Position numbers and translations under genes: made by a program. This document shows positions 1 to 10,799 of a DNA stretch of 64,000 bases, piece after piece. The notes beneath the pieces are model-generated. The model was not told the DNA's origin and searched no databases. It saw only the letters and a list, made by a program, of their open reading frames with translations. The stretch covers positions 23,328-87,327 of the forward strand of contig CAYJXE010000016.1 of assembly GCA_964373965.1 (NCBI GenBank). The letters are read 5' to 3'. This DNA comes from an uncultured Aquabacterium sp. Its GTDB lineage: Bacteria > Pseudomonadota > Gammaproteobacteria > Burkholderiales > Burkholderiaceae_C. How positions within the stretch are numbered: position 1 is the first letter of the stretch; each line of letters starts with the position of its first letter.

Positions 1-2
1 AA

Positions 3-626
3 TGGGCCGCCAGGGACGGCATCCAGAAGTTCAACCTGATCGGCCACAGCCAGGGTGGGCCCACCGCACGCTACGTGGCCGGCGTCGCGCCCGACCTGGT
101 GGCCAGCGTGACCACCATGGCCAGCCCGACGGTCGTGACCGCCCAGCAAGACGCCGAGAGCAACATCGCCAACGGCATCCGCTCTTACGGCTCATGGATC
201 GAGTTCGCAGGCACCTTCGTGGCCTGGATCTCGGGTCAGTCGCAACTGCCGCAAGACGCTTCGGCGTTGACGCTGAAAGAAGAGCTCGACGACTTCGCCA
301 TCCGCTTCCCGGCCGGCCTGCCCGCCACCTACTGCGGTGAAGGCGCCCCGGTGGTCAACGGCATCCGCTACTACTCGGCCAGCGGCATCGGCGTCAAAAC
401 CAACGCCTGGGACATCTCCGACCTGGCCATGCAGCAGCTCTCCGAGCCCTCTGACGGCGCGATCGTCTCCTGCGCCGCGCGCCTGGGCAAGGTCATCCGA
501 GCCGACTACCCCTGGAACCACATCGACGAGATGAACCACATCTTCGGGCTGATCGGCAAAGGTGCCCCGAGCCCGGCGCAGTTCTACCTGACGCACGCGA
601 CCCGGCTGAAACTCGCCGGGGTGTGA
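3..626 (+). CDS. Triacylglycerol lipase, family I alpha/beta hydrolase (5'-truncated by window edge)
   Basis: Frame 3 reads ..KFNLIGHSQGGPTARYVAG..VASVTT (GHSQG nucleophile elbow). Catalytic Asp region SDGAI and His region WNHIDEMNH match Pseudomonas/Burkholderia LipA-type lipases. Confidence 0.9.
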   Translation, partial: WAARDGIQKFNLIGHSQGGPTARYVAGVAPDLVASVTTMASPTVVTAQQDAESNIANGIRSYGSWIEFAGTFVAWISGQSQLPQDASALTLKEELDDFAIRFPAGLPATYCGEGAPVVNGIRYYSASGIGVKTNAWDISDLAMQQLSEPSDGAIVSCAARLGKVIRADYPWNHIDEMNHIFGLIGKGAPSPAQFYLTHATRLKLAGV

Positions 627-663
627 CTCATACAAGGATCACGCGCGGAACACACGCGAGACA

Positions 664-1023
664 TCAAAGGACCGCCGCCACCGCCGCGGCCTTTTTTTCG
701 TCAAAGCCCACGGCCAGCACCCGGCCAGCCTGCTCGATCACGGGGCGCTTGATCACGCTGGCCTGTTTCAGCATCAAGGCCTTCGCACTGGCTGCGTCGA
801 TCACACCAGCCTTGGTGGCCTCATCGAGCTGGCGCCAGGTCGTGCCCTGGCGGTTGACCAGCAGCTCCCAGCCCAACTGCCCGATCCAGTCGTCCAGCCG
901 GTCGGCGGGCACGCCCTGCTTCTTGTAGTCATGAAAAACAAAAGACGCGCCCTGCTCGTCGAGCCAGGTGCGCGCCTTCTTCACGGTGTTGCAGTTGGGG
1001 ATGCCGTAGACCAGCAGGGACAT
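664..1023 (-). CDS. ArsC/Spx/MgsR family protein (YffB-like)
   Basis: MSLLVYGIPNCNTVKKARTWL...LVNRQGTTWRQL...SVIKRPVIE is the YffB-type signature. ATG placed at 1023. Confidence 0.88.
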   Translation of the reverse strand: MSLLVYGIPNCNTVKKARTWLDEQGASFVFHDYKKQGVPADRLDDWIGQLGWELLVNRQGTTWRQLDEATKAGVIDAASAKALMLKQASVIKRPVIEQAGRVLAVGFDEKKAAAVAAVL

Positions 1024-1127
1024 GTTCAGGGCTCCAGGAACGGGTGAGTGCTTCGAGCCTGAACTGTGGCACAGCCTTGTGGGCCGTGCCACGCGCTGGG
1101 GATGGGTTCCGGTGAAATCAATGGCCT

Positions 1128-1505
1128 TCAGACCTGCAGCACGAACACCGGCCTCAGGCGAGAGCGCTCCTCTTGGGTGAACAGACGCGAGCGGGTCAGG
1201 AAGCGCTGCCCCGTTGCCCCTTCGAGCGAGAACATGCCGCCCCGCCCTGACACCACGTCGATGGTCAGGTGCGTGTGCTGCCAGTGTTCGAACTGCGCCG
1301 CGCTCATGTAGAACGGGCAGCCGCCGATCTCGCCGAGCCGCACGTCCGACGGCCCGACCATCAGCTCGCCACGCTGAAAGCACATGGGCGAGCTGCCATC
1401 GCAGCAGCCTCCCGACTGGTGGAACATCAGCTCGCCATGCTCGGTCTTGAGCCGCTCGATGAGGGCCAGCGCCTCGGGCGTGGCCGTCACACGCTGCGCC
1501 CCCAT
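1128..1505 (-). CDS. DUF779 family protein
   Basis: RVTATPEA..LMFHQSGGCCDGSSPMC..IDVVSGRGGMFSLE; lies directly downstream of the aldehyde dehydrogenase, as is usual for this family. Confidence 0.9.
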   Translation of the reverse strand: MGAQRVTATPEALALIERLKTEHGELMFHQSGGCCDGSSPMCFQRGELMVGPSDVRLGEIGGCPFYMSAAQFEHWQHTHLTIDVVSGRGGMFSLEGATGQRFLTRSRLFTQEERSRLRPVFVLQV

Positions 1506-1507
1506 GG

Positions 1508-3028
<1,521 letters not shown>

Positions 3029-3141
3029 GCGGGTCTCCTGGTGGGTGAGCGATGTGCTGGGCGGATGCTGAAAAGGTGCGGGTGGGCAGGCGGGAGATCG
3101 AACCTGCCCAGGGGCTTGTGGCCCCGCCGCGCCTTTTTCAG

Positions 3142-3157
3142 CGCAGGGCGCGTGCCA
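3142..3157 (-). promoter_or_regulatory. sigma54 (-24/-12) promoter of the aldehyde dehydrogenase operon
   Basis: Minus strand reads TGGCACGCGCCCTGCG (GG-N10-GC), about 115 bp upstream of the aldB ATG, with a divergent sigma54 activator next door. Confidence 0.8.
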
Positions 3158-3268
3158 TCGCGGGTTCGCACCGATCCGCCTGCTCTCACGCGCTGGGACG
3201 CCGCTCCAGGGCCCAGGGAGAACCCGTTGTCACCCCACGCCAGCCTGCGCTGCGTCAACGATGCACGC

Positions 3269-3285
3269 TGTACCGAAATGACACA
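3269..3285. promoter_or_regulatory. Candidate upstream activator site for the AcoR-like enhancer-binding protein
   Basis: TGTACCGAAATGACACA (TGT-N11-ACA dyad) about 112 bp upstream of the -24 element. Confidence 0.4.
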
Positions 3286-3335
3286 GGGAGTGCCCGGGTG
3301 TGTCACCGGTGCCTCGGGTGGATACTGCGTTCGCC

Positions 3336-5393
3336 ATGCGCCCGAACCACCTGCCCGTCACCTCGCCCCAGCTGCAGCAGGCACGCCGCTGCCTGCTCGA
3401 AACCGGCGACCTGCCCCTGGGCCTGGTGGACGACGCCCTGCAGCGCTCGTGGCAGCGCAGCCAGCACGCCGGCATCAGCCCCCTGGGCGGCCTGGGCGAG
3501 CCCCCGCTGTGCAGCGACGGCGAGCTGCGCCGCGCCGTCGCCAGCGAACACGACTTCCTGGCCCAGGCGCGCCCGGTCATGGACTTCGTCTTCGACCAGA
3601 TGCGCGACTCCGGCAGCCTCGTGGTGCTCGCCAACGCTCGCGGCCTGCTCCTGCACAGCCTGGGTGACGCCGACTTCCTCGGCCGCGCCGAGCGCGTTTC
3701 CCTGCGCCCCGGCGCCCTGTGGCACGAGAGCGACCGAGGCACCAACGCCATCGGCACCTGCCTGGCGGAAAACCGCGCCGTCGTCATCCACGGCGCCGAG
3801 CACTACCTCGAGCGCAACGGTTTCCTGACCTGCGCGGCCGCCCCGGTGTTCGGCCCGCGCGGCCAGCTGCGCGGCGTGCTCGACATCTCGGGCGACCACC
3901 GAGGCCACCACCCCCACACCTTCGCCCTGGTGCGATCGGCCGCGCGCATGATCGAAGACCGGCTCTTCCACGCCCGCCACGCTGGCGACCGCATCCTGCG
4001 CCTGCACCCGCTGGCCGAGGGCCTGGGTGGCGTCGGCGAAGGCCTGGTCGCGCTGTCGGAAGACGGCTGGGTGGTGGGCGCCAACCCCCTTGCCCAACAG
4101 TGGTTGGCCTTGCCGGCAGACCGAATCGGTGCCTGCACGCTGGAGCAACTCACCGGCACCGGGCTGGGCCTGTGGCCGCCGGGTCGGGTGCGCGTGCTCC
4201 AGGGCTCTCGCGGCGGCCAGGCCCTGCATGCTCGGCTGGACGGCACCGAGCGCGTGGTGATCCAGGCCCGCACACCGACGCCCACCACCACACAAAGCGG
4301 CTGCGCCACACCCCCACCGATCCGCGAGCAAACGCCAACAGCGACGCACCCCGCAAAGCGAGACGCGCGGTCCGACGTCGCCCAGGCCCCCTGTCAGCCA
4401 ACCGCCATCGACCCACGCGTTGCCGACGCCTTCGCGCGCGCCCGGCGCGTGCAGGCGCAAGGCATCGCGCTGCTGATCCAGGGCGAATCAGGCACCGGCA
4501 AAGAGGTGCTCGCACGCCGCCTGCACGAAGAAGGCCCCCGGGCGGGCAAGCCCTTCGTGGCGGTCAACTGCGCCGCCCTGCCAGAGCAATTGATCGAGGC
4601 CGAACTCTTCGGCTATGTCGGAGGCGCCTTCACCGGCGCGCGCCGCGAGGGCTCACCAGGCCGCATCCGCGAGGCCCACGGCGGCACCCTCTTCCTAGAC
4701 GAAATAGGGGACATGCCGCTGCCACTGCAAGCTCGCCTGCTTCGCGTGCTGCAGGACAAGGCCGTTGTGCCTGTGGGCGGCGGTCAGGCCATGCCGGTCG
4801 ACTTCCTGCTCGTGAGTGCCACGCATCAACGGCTCAAGGACGCCATCGCCTGCAACACCTTCCGCGCGGACCTCTACTACCGACTCAACGGCCTGAGCGT
4901 GACCCTGCCCCCGTTGCGCGAGCGGCAGGACTTCGACGCACTGCTGCACGAGATGCTCAGCCGCATCGCCCGCGAAATGGGTCGCCCGGCCATCGAGGGG
5001 GTGCACCCAGGCCTGCTCGCTGCCCTGCGCCGGCACGCCTGGCCCGGCAACCTGCGACAGCTCCACGCCCTGCTGCGAACCGCCTGCGCCTTGCTACCCG
5101 CCGATGCGAGGGACCTCGACTGGTCGCACCTGCCAGAAGACATGACCGAAGAACTGCATGCTGCCGATGACACCAGGCCGTCACAGCCCTCCCATGGCGC
5201 GGCATCGAATCCGCCACCCCACGCGGACACCAACGCGGGCGAGACCAACCTTCGCCGCCTGTCCAGCCAGGCCATCCGCCAGGTCATCGAGGCCACGCAG
5301 GGCAACATGTCGGAGGCGGCGCGACGCCTGGGCATCAGCCGCAACACCCTCTACCGTTGGCAACGAAAAGCCGGTCGCAACGACCTGGGCTGA
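3336..5393 (+). CDS. acoR: sigma54-dependent transcriptional activator, AcoR-like (GAF + AAA+ + Fis HTH)
   Basis: N-terminal GAF with GTNAIGT, Walker A GESGTGKE, GAFTGA, Walker B LFLDEIG, WPGNLRQL, and C-terminal NMSEAARRLGISRNTLYR. Confidence 0.88.
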   Translation: MRPNHLPVTSPQLQQARRCLLETGDLPLGLVDDALQRSWQRSQHAGISPLGGLGEPPLCSDGELRRAVASEHDFLAQARPVMDFVFDQMRDSGSLVVLANARGLLLHSLGDADFLGRAERVSLRPGALWHESDRGTNAIGTCLAENRAVVIHGAEHYLERNGFLTCAAAPVFGPRGQLRGVLDISGDHRGHHPHTFALVRSAARMIEDRLFHARHAGDRILRLHPLAEGLGGVGEGLVALSEDGWVVGANPLAQQWLALPADRIGACTLEQLTGTGLGLWPPGRVRVLQGSRGGQALHARLDGTERVVIQARTPTPTTTQSGCATPPPIREQTPTATHPAKRDARSDVAQAPCQPTAIDPRVADAFARARRVQAQGIALLIQGESGTGKEVLARRLHEEGPRAGKPFVAVNCAALPEQLIEAELFGYVGGAFTGARREGSPGRIREAHGGTLFLDEIGDMPLPLQARLLRVLQDKAVVPVGGGQAMPVDFLLVSATHQRLKDAIACNTFRADLYYRLNGLSVTLPPLRERQDFDALLHEMLSRIAREMGRPAIEGVHPGLLAALRRHAWPGNLRQLHALLRTACALLPADARDLDWSHLPEDMTEELHAADDTRPSQPSHGAASNPPPHADTNAGETNLRRLSSQAIRQVIEATQGNMSEAARRLGISRNTLYRWQRKAGRNDLG

Positions 5394-5483
5394 TCGCCTG
5401 CGGCTCCCCCCCCTGCCGCTGAATCAGGCATGACTTGAGCCGCCCCGCGCGCAAACCGCCCGGCATTGGGTAGCATGTCGCCC

Positions 5484-6191
5484 ATGATCAACGCCGACCC
5501 CCAAGAACTCGCGAAGTTTTCCGACCTGGCCCACAAGTGGTGGGACCCGGAGAGCGAATTCCGTCCCCTGCACCAGATCAACCCCCTGCGCCTGGACTGG
5601 ATCGACCAGTTCGCCGCCATCTCGGGCAAAAACGTGGTCGACGTGGGCTGCGGTGGCGGCATCCTGGCCGAGTCCATGGCTCGCCGCGGCGCCAACGTGC
5701 TCGGCGTGGACCTGGCCGACAAGCCCCTGAAAGTGGCCCAGCTGCACGCCATGGAAGGCGGCGTTGCCAACCTCGACTACCGCAGCATCGCGGCCGAAGA
5801 CCTGGCCGCCGAGCAACCCGCCGCCTTCGACGTCGTCACCTGCATGGAGATGCTCGAGCACGTGCCCGACCCGTCTTCCATCATCCGTGCCTGCGCCAGC
5901 ATGGCCCGCCCCGGCGGCTGGGTGTTTTTCTCGACGCTCAACCGCAACCCCAAGTCCTTCCTGTTCGCCATCGTGGGCGCCGAGTACGTGCTCAAGCTGC
6001 TGCCCAAGGGCACGCACGAGTTCTCCCGCTTCATCCGCCCGGCCGAACTGGCCCGCTGGATCCGCGAAGCCGGCCTCGACCTGGTGCAGTTCAAGGGCCT
6101 GGAGTACAACCCCATCACCCGCCGCTACTGGCTCTCCGAAGACACCAGCGTCAACTACATGGTGGCTTGCCGCAAGCCCCTGCAAGGCTGA
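5484..6191 (+). CDS. ubiG: Ubiquinone biosynthesis O-methyltransferase
   Basis: [55 protein letters not shown]. Confidence 0.96.
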   Translation: MINADPQELAKFSDLAHKWWDPESEFRPLHQINPLRLDWIDQFAAISGKNVVDVGCGGGILAESMARRGANVLGVDLADKPLKVAQLHAMEGGVANLDYRSIAAEDLAAEQPAAFDVVTCMEMLEHVPDPSSIIRACASMARPGGWVFFSTLNRNPKSFLFAIVGAEYVLKLLPKGTHEFSRFIRPAELARWIREAGLDLVQFKGLEYNPITRRYWLSEDTSVNYMVACRKPLQG

Positions 6192-6193
6192 GC

Positions 6194-6877
6194 ATGGCAC
6201 TGACTGGCTCCATCGCCTGGCCGCACCCCGCCACCGCCGTCCTGTTTGACCTCGACGGCACCCTGGCCGACACGGCAGGCGACCTGGGTGGCGCACTCAA
6301 CCGCTTGCGTCTGGATCGCGGGCTCGCACCACTGCCGCTGGACATGCTGCGCCCCTACGCCTCGGCGGGAGCGCGCGGCCTGATCGGTGTGGGCCTGGAC
6401 ATCCACCCCGGCCACCCCGATTTCGACGCCCTGCGCACGGCCTTCCTGGCGCACTACGACCAATGCCTAGCAGAGACCACCGCATTGTTCGACGGCGTGT
6501 CCGCCATGCTCGATGAAATCGAGGCCCGTGGCCTCAAGTGGGGCGTGGTGACCAACAAGCCGCACCGTTTTACCGTGCCCGTGCTGCGCGCATTGGGCCT
6601 GCTTGAGCGGTCTGGCACCAACATCAGCGGCGACACCACCGCCCACCCGAAGCCACACCCCCTGCCGCTGCTCACCGCTGCGCAGGAGCTGGGCGTGGAG
6701 GCGTCTTCCGTGCTTTACGTGGGCGATGACCTGCGTGACATCCAGGCCGCACAAGCCGCCGGCATGCCCAGCGCAGCAGCCAACTGGGGCTACATCGGGC
6801 ACAACGGCGAGGTCGGCAGCTGGGGGGCGGATGTGATCGCGGATCACCCACTGGATTTGTTGCTGACGCTCGATTGA
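6194..6877 (+). CDS. gph: HAD-IA hydrolase, phosphoglycolate phosphatase-like
   Basis: LFDLDGTL, TNKP, KPHP and YVGDDLRD motifs; directly follows ubiG. Confidence 0.85.
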   Translation: MALTGSIAWPHPATAVLFDLDGTLADTAGDLGGALNRLRLDRGLAPLPLDMLRPYASAGARGLIGVGLDIHPGHPDFDALRTAFLAHYDQCLAETTALFDGVSAMLDEIEARGLKWGVVTNKPHRFTVPVLRALGLLERSGTNISGDTTAHPKPHPLPLLTAAQELGVEASSVLYVGDDLRDIQAAQAAGMPSAAANWGYIGHNGEVGSWGADVIADHPLDLLLTLD

Positions 6878-6920
6878 TCGAACGCCAAAGCGCGGAGCTT
6901 CGTAGATGATCCCGCGAAGC

Positions 6921-6948
6921 AAAAGGCCACCCGAGGGTGGCCGTTTTT
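6921..6948. terminator. Probably bidirectional intrinsic terminator between gph and manC
   Basis: AAAA-GGCCACC-CGAG-GGTGGCC-GTTTTT between convergent genes. Confidence 0.8.
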
Positions 6949-6990
6949 GTTGCCCCCGAGCATGCAGCCCAGAGGGTCAGCGCGACAACA

Positions 6991-8454
6991 TCAAGCTGAC
7001 CGACCGTAGTTGTCCTGGAACCGAACGATGTCGTCCTCGCCCAGGTAGCTGCCCGACTGCACCTCGATGATCTCCAACGGGATGGCGCCAGGGTTCACCA
7101 GGCGGTGCACCGTGCCCAGAGGGATGTAGGTCGACTGGTTTTCGCTGAGCAGCAGCACCTGGTCGCCATTGGTGACCTCGGCGGTGCCGCTGACCACGAT
7201 CCAGTGCTCGGCGCGGTGGTGGTGCATCTGCAGGCTCAAGCTCGCCTTGGGCTTGACCATGATGCGCTTGACCTGAAAGCGCGGGCCCATGTCGATCGAG
7301 TCGTACCAGCCCCAGGGGCGGTGCACACGGCGGTGCAGACTGCCCTCGGTGCGCGAAGCCTTGTCCAGGCTGGCCACGATCTTCTTGACATCCTGGCTGC
7401 GGCTGCGGTCGGCCACCAGCACGGCGTCCGGCGTCTCGACGACCACCACGTTGTCCAGGCCCACCGCCGCCACCAAGCGGCTGTTGGCGTGAACCAGCGT
7501 GTTGCGGCTGTCTTCGATCAGGGCATCGCCTTGCGATGCGTTGCCAGCGGCATCGTGCTCGCTGACCTGCCAGACCGCGTCCCACGCGCCCAGGTCAGAC
7601 CAGCCGGCGTCCAGCGGCACCATGCGCACCTTGAAGCCGGCATCCGGCTTGGCCGGGCACTGCTCCATCACGGCGTAGTCCACCGACTCGGAAGGCACGG
7701 CCTTGAACTCTTCTTTGCCAGGGCGCACAAACTGCGCGTCCGTGGTGCGAACGGCAAACGATGCTTTCGTGGCCTCGGCGATGTCCGGGCGGAAGTGGCC
7801 GAGCGCGGCCAGCCAGCGCGAAGCGCGCATCACGAACATGCCGCTGTTCCAGAAGTAGCCGCCATCTGCCAGGTAGGCCTGCGCTTTTTCCAGGTTGGGT
7901 TTTTCAACGAAGGCAGCCACGTCGCGGACACCTTGGGTATCGGCACCCGAGGTACGGATGTAGCCAAAGCCCGTTTCGGGCTTGTCCGGCGTGATGCCCA
8001 GGATGACGATGTCACCCAGGGCTGCAGCCGAAACCGCCTTGCGCAGCGCCGCCGTGTAAGCCGCCGCATCAACCACCGTCTGGTCGGCCGGGGTGACCAC
8101 CAGGATCGGGTCGGCGCCATCGGCCGTGGCCTGCAACGCCGCCAGGGTCACCGCCGGAGCGGTGTTGCGGCCCGCTGGCTCCAGCAACAGGGACGCTGGC
8201 TCACCCTTGACCTCGCGCAGTTGGTCAAGCACCAGGAAGCGATGCTCTTCGTTGCCGACGATGCAGGGCTTGCCCACCTCGACACCCTCGCCCGCCAAGG
8301 CCTGCAGGCGCAGGTGGGCTTGCTGGAACAGGCTCTGGTTACCCGACAAGATGAGGAACTGCTTGGGATACAGGGCACGCGAGAGCGGCCACAGGCGGGT
8401 GCCGGAGCCACCGGCCATGATCACCGGCAAGACGGACAAAGCGGACTGGGTCAT
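6991..8454 (-). CDS. manC: Mannose-1-phosphate guanylyltransferase / mannose-6-phosphate isomerase
   Basis: VIMAGGSGTRLWPLSR, FVEKP, WSDLGAWDA and C-terminal cupin HRPWGWY..LSLQMHHHRAEHW. ATG at 8454 follows a GAGG Shine-Dalgarno. Confidence 0.95.
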   Translation of the reverse strand: MTQSALSVLPVIMAGGSGTRLWPLSRALYPKQFLILSGNQSLFQQAHLRLQALAGEGVEVGKPCIVGNEEHRFLVLDQLREVKGEPASLLLEPAGRNTAPAVTLAALQATADGADPILVVTPADQTVVDAAAYTAALRKAVSAAALGDIVILGITPDKPETGFGYIRTSGADTQGVRDVAAFVEKPNLEKAQAYLADGGYFWNSGMFVMRASRWLAALGHFRPDIAEATKASFAVRTTDAQFVRPGKEEFKAVPSESVDYAVMEQCPAKPDAGFKVRMVPLDAGWSDLGAWDAVWQVSEHDAAGNASQGDALIEDSRNTLVHANSRLVAAVGLDNVVVVETPDAVLVADRSRSQDVKKIVASLDKASRTEGSLHRRVHRPWGWYDSIDMGPRFQVKRIMVKPKASLSLQMHHHRAEHWIVVSGTAEVTNGDQVLLLSENQSTYIPLGTVHRLVNPGAIPLEIIEVQSGSYLGEDDIVRFQDNYGRSA

Positions 8455-8459
8455 GATCC

Positions 8460-9491
8460 TCAACCTTCGAAACCTTGTGGATTGGTGGACTGCCATCTCC
8501 AGGAGTCCACGCACATTTCTTTCAAGCCCCGGCTGGCCTTCCAGCCCATCAGGCGCTCAGCCAGCGCGGGGGCGGCATAACAGGCCGCCACATCGCCCGG
8601 GCGACGCGGCGCGAACACCACGGGCACCTCGCGGTCAGCGGCTTCGCCATAGGCGCGCGCGAGTTCCAACACGCTGTAACCCCGGCCGGTGCCAAGGTTG
8701 ACCGTGAGCGATTGCCCTTTGTCGGCCAGGTATTTCAGTGCCGAGACGTGACCTTCAGCCAGGTCCATGACATGGATGTAGTCGCGCACCCCCGTGCCAT
8801 CCGGCGTGTCGTAGTCGTTGCCGAACACATTGAGGTGCGGGCGCTTGCCGACCGCGACCTGCGCCACATAAGGCATCAGGTTGTTGGGGATGCCGCGTGG
8901 GTCTTCGCCGATCAGGCCGCTTTCGTGAGCACCCACCGGGTTGAAATAGCGCAGGTAAGCGATGCGCCAGCTGGGGTCGCACGCTTCCAGGCCACGCAGC
9001 AGTTCTTCGCCCACGAGCTTGGTCTGCCCGTACGGGTTGGTCGAGCGCAAGACCGAGTCTTCCGTGATGGGCAAGCGATCAGGCTGGCCATAGACCGTTG
9101 CCGACGAGCTGAACACCAGCTGGCTGACGCCATGGCGCTTCATGGCCTGGCACACCGACAGCAAGCCGCCCAGGTTGTTCTCGAAGTAATCGAGTGGGCG
9201 CTCGACCGACTCGCCCACGGCCTTGAGGGCCGCGAAATGGACCACCGCTTCGATGCCCCCGAAGCGCTCGCGCCCGATGTCGAAGCAACGGTCCATCACG
9301 GCGGCGTCGCGCACATCACCTTGAACGAAAACAGGCTCTTCACCGATCAGGGTGCGTAGGCGATCCAACACCCTGGGCGAGCTGTTGACGTGGCTGTCGA
9401 CACCCACAACCTGGTAGCCAGCCTGGCGGGCCACCACCCACATGTGGGACGCGATGTACCCGGAGGCTCCGGTAAGAAGGATGCAAGGCAT
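8460..9491 (-). CDS. galE: UDP-glucose 4-epimerase
   Basis: LLTGASGYIASH, HFAALKAVGES, FSSSATVYG, YGQTK, LRYFNPVGAH, GVRDYIHV. Confidence 0.95.
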   Translation of the reverse strand: MPCILLTGASGYIASHMWVVARQAGYQVVGVDSHVNSSPRVLDRLRTLIGEEPVFVQGDVRDAAVMDRCFDIGRERFGGIEAVVHFAALKAVGESVERPLDYFENNLGGLLSVCQAMKRHGVSQLVFSSSATVYGQPDRLPITEDSVLRSTNPYGQTKLVGEELLRGLEACDPSWRIAYLRYFNPVGAHESGLIGEDPRGIPNNLMPYVAQVAVGKRPHLNVFGNDYDTPDGTGVRDYIHVMDLAEGHVSALKYLADKGQSLTVNLGTGRGYSVLELARAYGEAADREVPVVFAPRRPGDVAACYAAPALAERLMGWKASRGLKEMCVDSWRWQSTNPQGFEG

Positions 9492-9509
9492 GTCAGTCGC
9501 TGAGAGGTG

Positions 9510-10781
9510 TCAATCCAGGGTGAGGCTGGCCGAGCAGCTGGTCGAGTGCCCGTCGTAATCGTTGCGGCCGATGCCGCGCGTCTGGTTGTACTTGGCCAGG
9601 TTGCAACCCAGCTCAACCGAGCGCATCAGCTGGTACTGCACGTCCAGGGAGTAGGTGTCCTGGTGGCTGTCGGTGCTGTCTTCGCTGTTGAGAAAGGCCA
9701 GTTGAGCAGGGCTGTAGTTCACCGTGCGAGAGCTGTCGTACATGTTGCGGGTGTAGTTCGCACCCACCTTGATCTTGGCTGTCGCCTGCCATTTGGCGCC
9801 CAGCGCCACCGAGTTGGTGATGTAGTCGGTCGTGATCGATGCCAGCCCGCCTGCGCCACCGTTCGCGCGGTCCGAGCTGGTGCGACGACTCAAGTTGGCC
9901 GAATAACTCACGGAGCCTCGGGGCGTGAACACCCAGCCCAGCGAGCCCGTGGTCGAGCCTTTGCTGGTCGATTGCCCGCTGGCATCGGTGTACTTGGTGT
10001 CTCGCAGGGACAGCAAGGCATTGAGCGAGCTCAGCCCACTGACCCGCCAATCGGTCGTGAAGTCCAGGTTGCTGTCTTCGACCGTCTTGCTGGTGGTGCG
10101 ATTGGGGTACTCGGTTTTAACGAAGCGGGGGCCGACGCCAAAGCGCAGCAGGTCACTCGGGCTGTAGTAGACCCGCAGACTCTGCGAGGTCTGATCCGCG
10201 TTCTGCTCTCGCTGCTCCGAGAAAGTCAGGTCGTTCTTGTCCAGCTTGCCAACCACGGACCACAAACCGGACTTGCCGTACTGAACGCTCAGGTTGGTGT
10301 CGCGGTAGCGGCGGATGTTGCGAATGACCTGACTCTGGACCGAGTTGCCAACGATGACGTTGTCCTGAAGGGAGTTGAGGTTCTCGTCGTATTGACCCGC
10401 CAGCGTGACCAGCCAGTTGCTCATGAACTCCGAGGAGACCGTGCCGTTCAGGTTCTTGCCATCGTTGTCGAGCAACTCCGCGAAACGGTTGTACTGGTTC
10501 TTCGTGAGGCGGCCGTACAGCAAATAAGTCTGTCGCCCGTAAGACTTGTTCAACCCGGCCGCCAATGCCGCAGCCCGAACGGTGTCGCTTTGCCGCTCGG
10601 GGGTGCGTGCGAGGTTCGAGTCATGCATCAGGGTCAAGGACGTCGTCAGGAAGAGCGGCAAATCTTCATCTGACTGAGCCAAGCACGAACCGCACCAGCC
10701 CATCAAGAGCGCAGCCGAAGCGGCGGTCAACAAGACTGGGAAACGGCGGGCGGGGATGGGGGCTGACACCTTCACGATCAC
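9510..10781 (-). CDS. Outer-membrane beta-barrel protein of EPS loci (EpsL-like)
   Basis: Signal peptide followed by alternating amphipathic beta-strands rich in Tyr/Ser/Thr; lies directly behind an undecaprenyl-phosphate sugar transferase. Family name is inferred from context. Confidence 0.6.
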   Translation of the reverse strand: MIVKVSAPIPARRFPVLLTAASAALLMGWCGSCLAQSDEDLPLFLTTSLTLMHDSNLARTPERQSDTVRAAALAAGLNKSYGRQTYLLYGRLTKNQYNRFAELLDNDGKNLNGTVSSEFMSNWLVTLAGQYDENLNSLQDNVIVGNSVQSQVIRNIRRYRDTNLSVQYGKSGLWSVVGKLDKNDLTFSEQREQNADQTSQSLRVYYSPSDLLRFGVGPRFVKTEYPNRTTSKTVEDSNLDFTTDWRVSGLSSLNALLSLRDTKYTDASGQSTSKGSTTGSLGWVFTPRGSVSYSANLSRRTSSDRANGGAGGLASITTDYITNSVALGAKWQATAKIKVGANYTRNMYDSSRTVNYSPAQLAFLNSEDSTDSHQDTYSLDVQYQLMRSVELGCNLAKYNQTRGIGRNDYDGHSTSCSASLTLD

Positions 10782-10799
10782 CTCTTTCGATGAACTTGT

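Noticed and set aside
6878-6990. Possible tmRNA after ubiG-gph (a known neighbourhood in some Burkholderiales)
   Set aside because: The gap is too short and has no tmRNA-like 5' or 3' acceptor stem; only a terminator is present.
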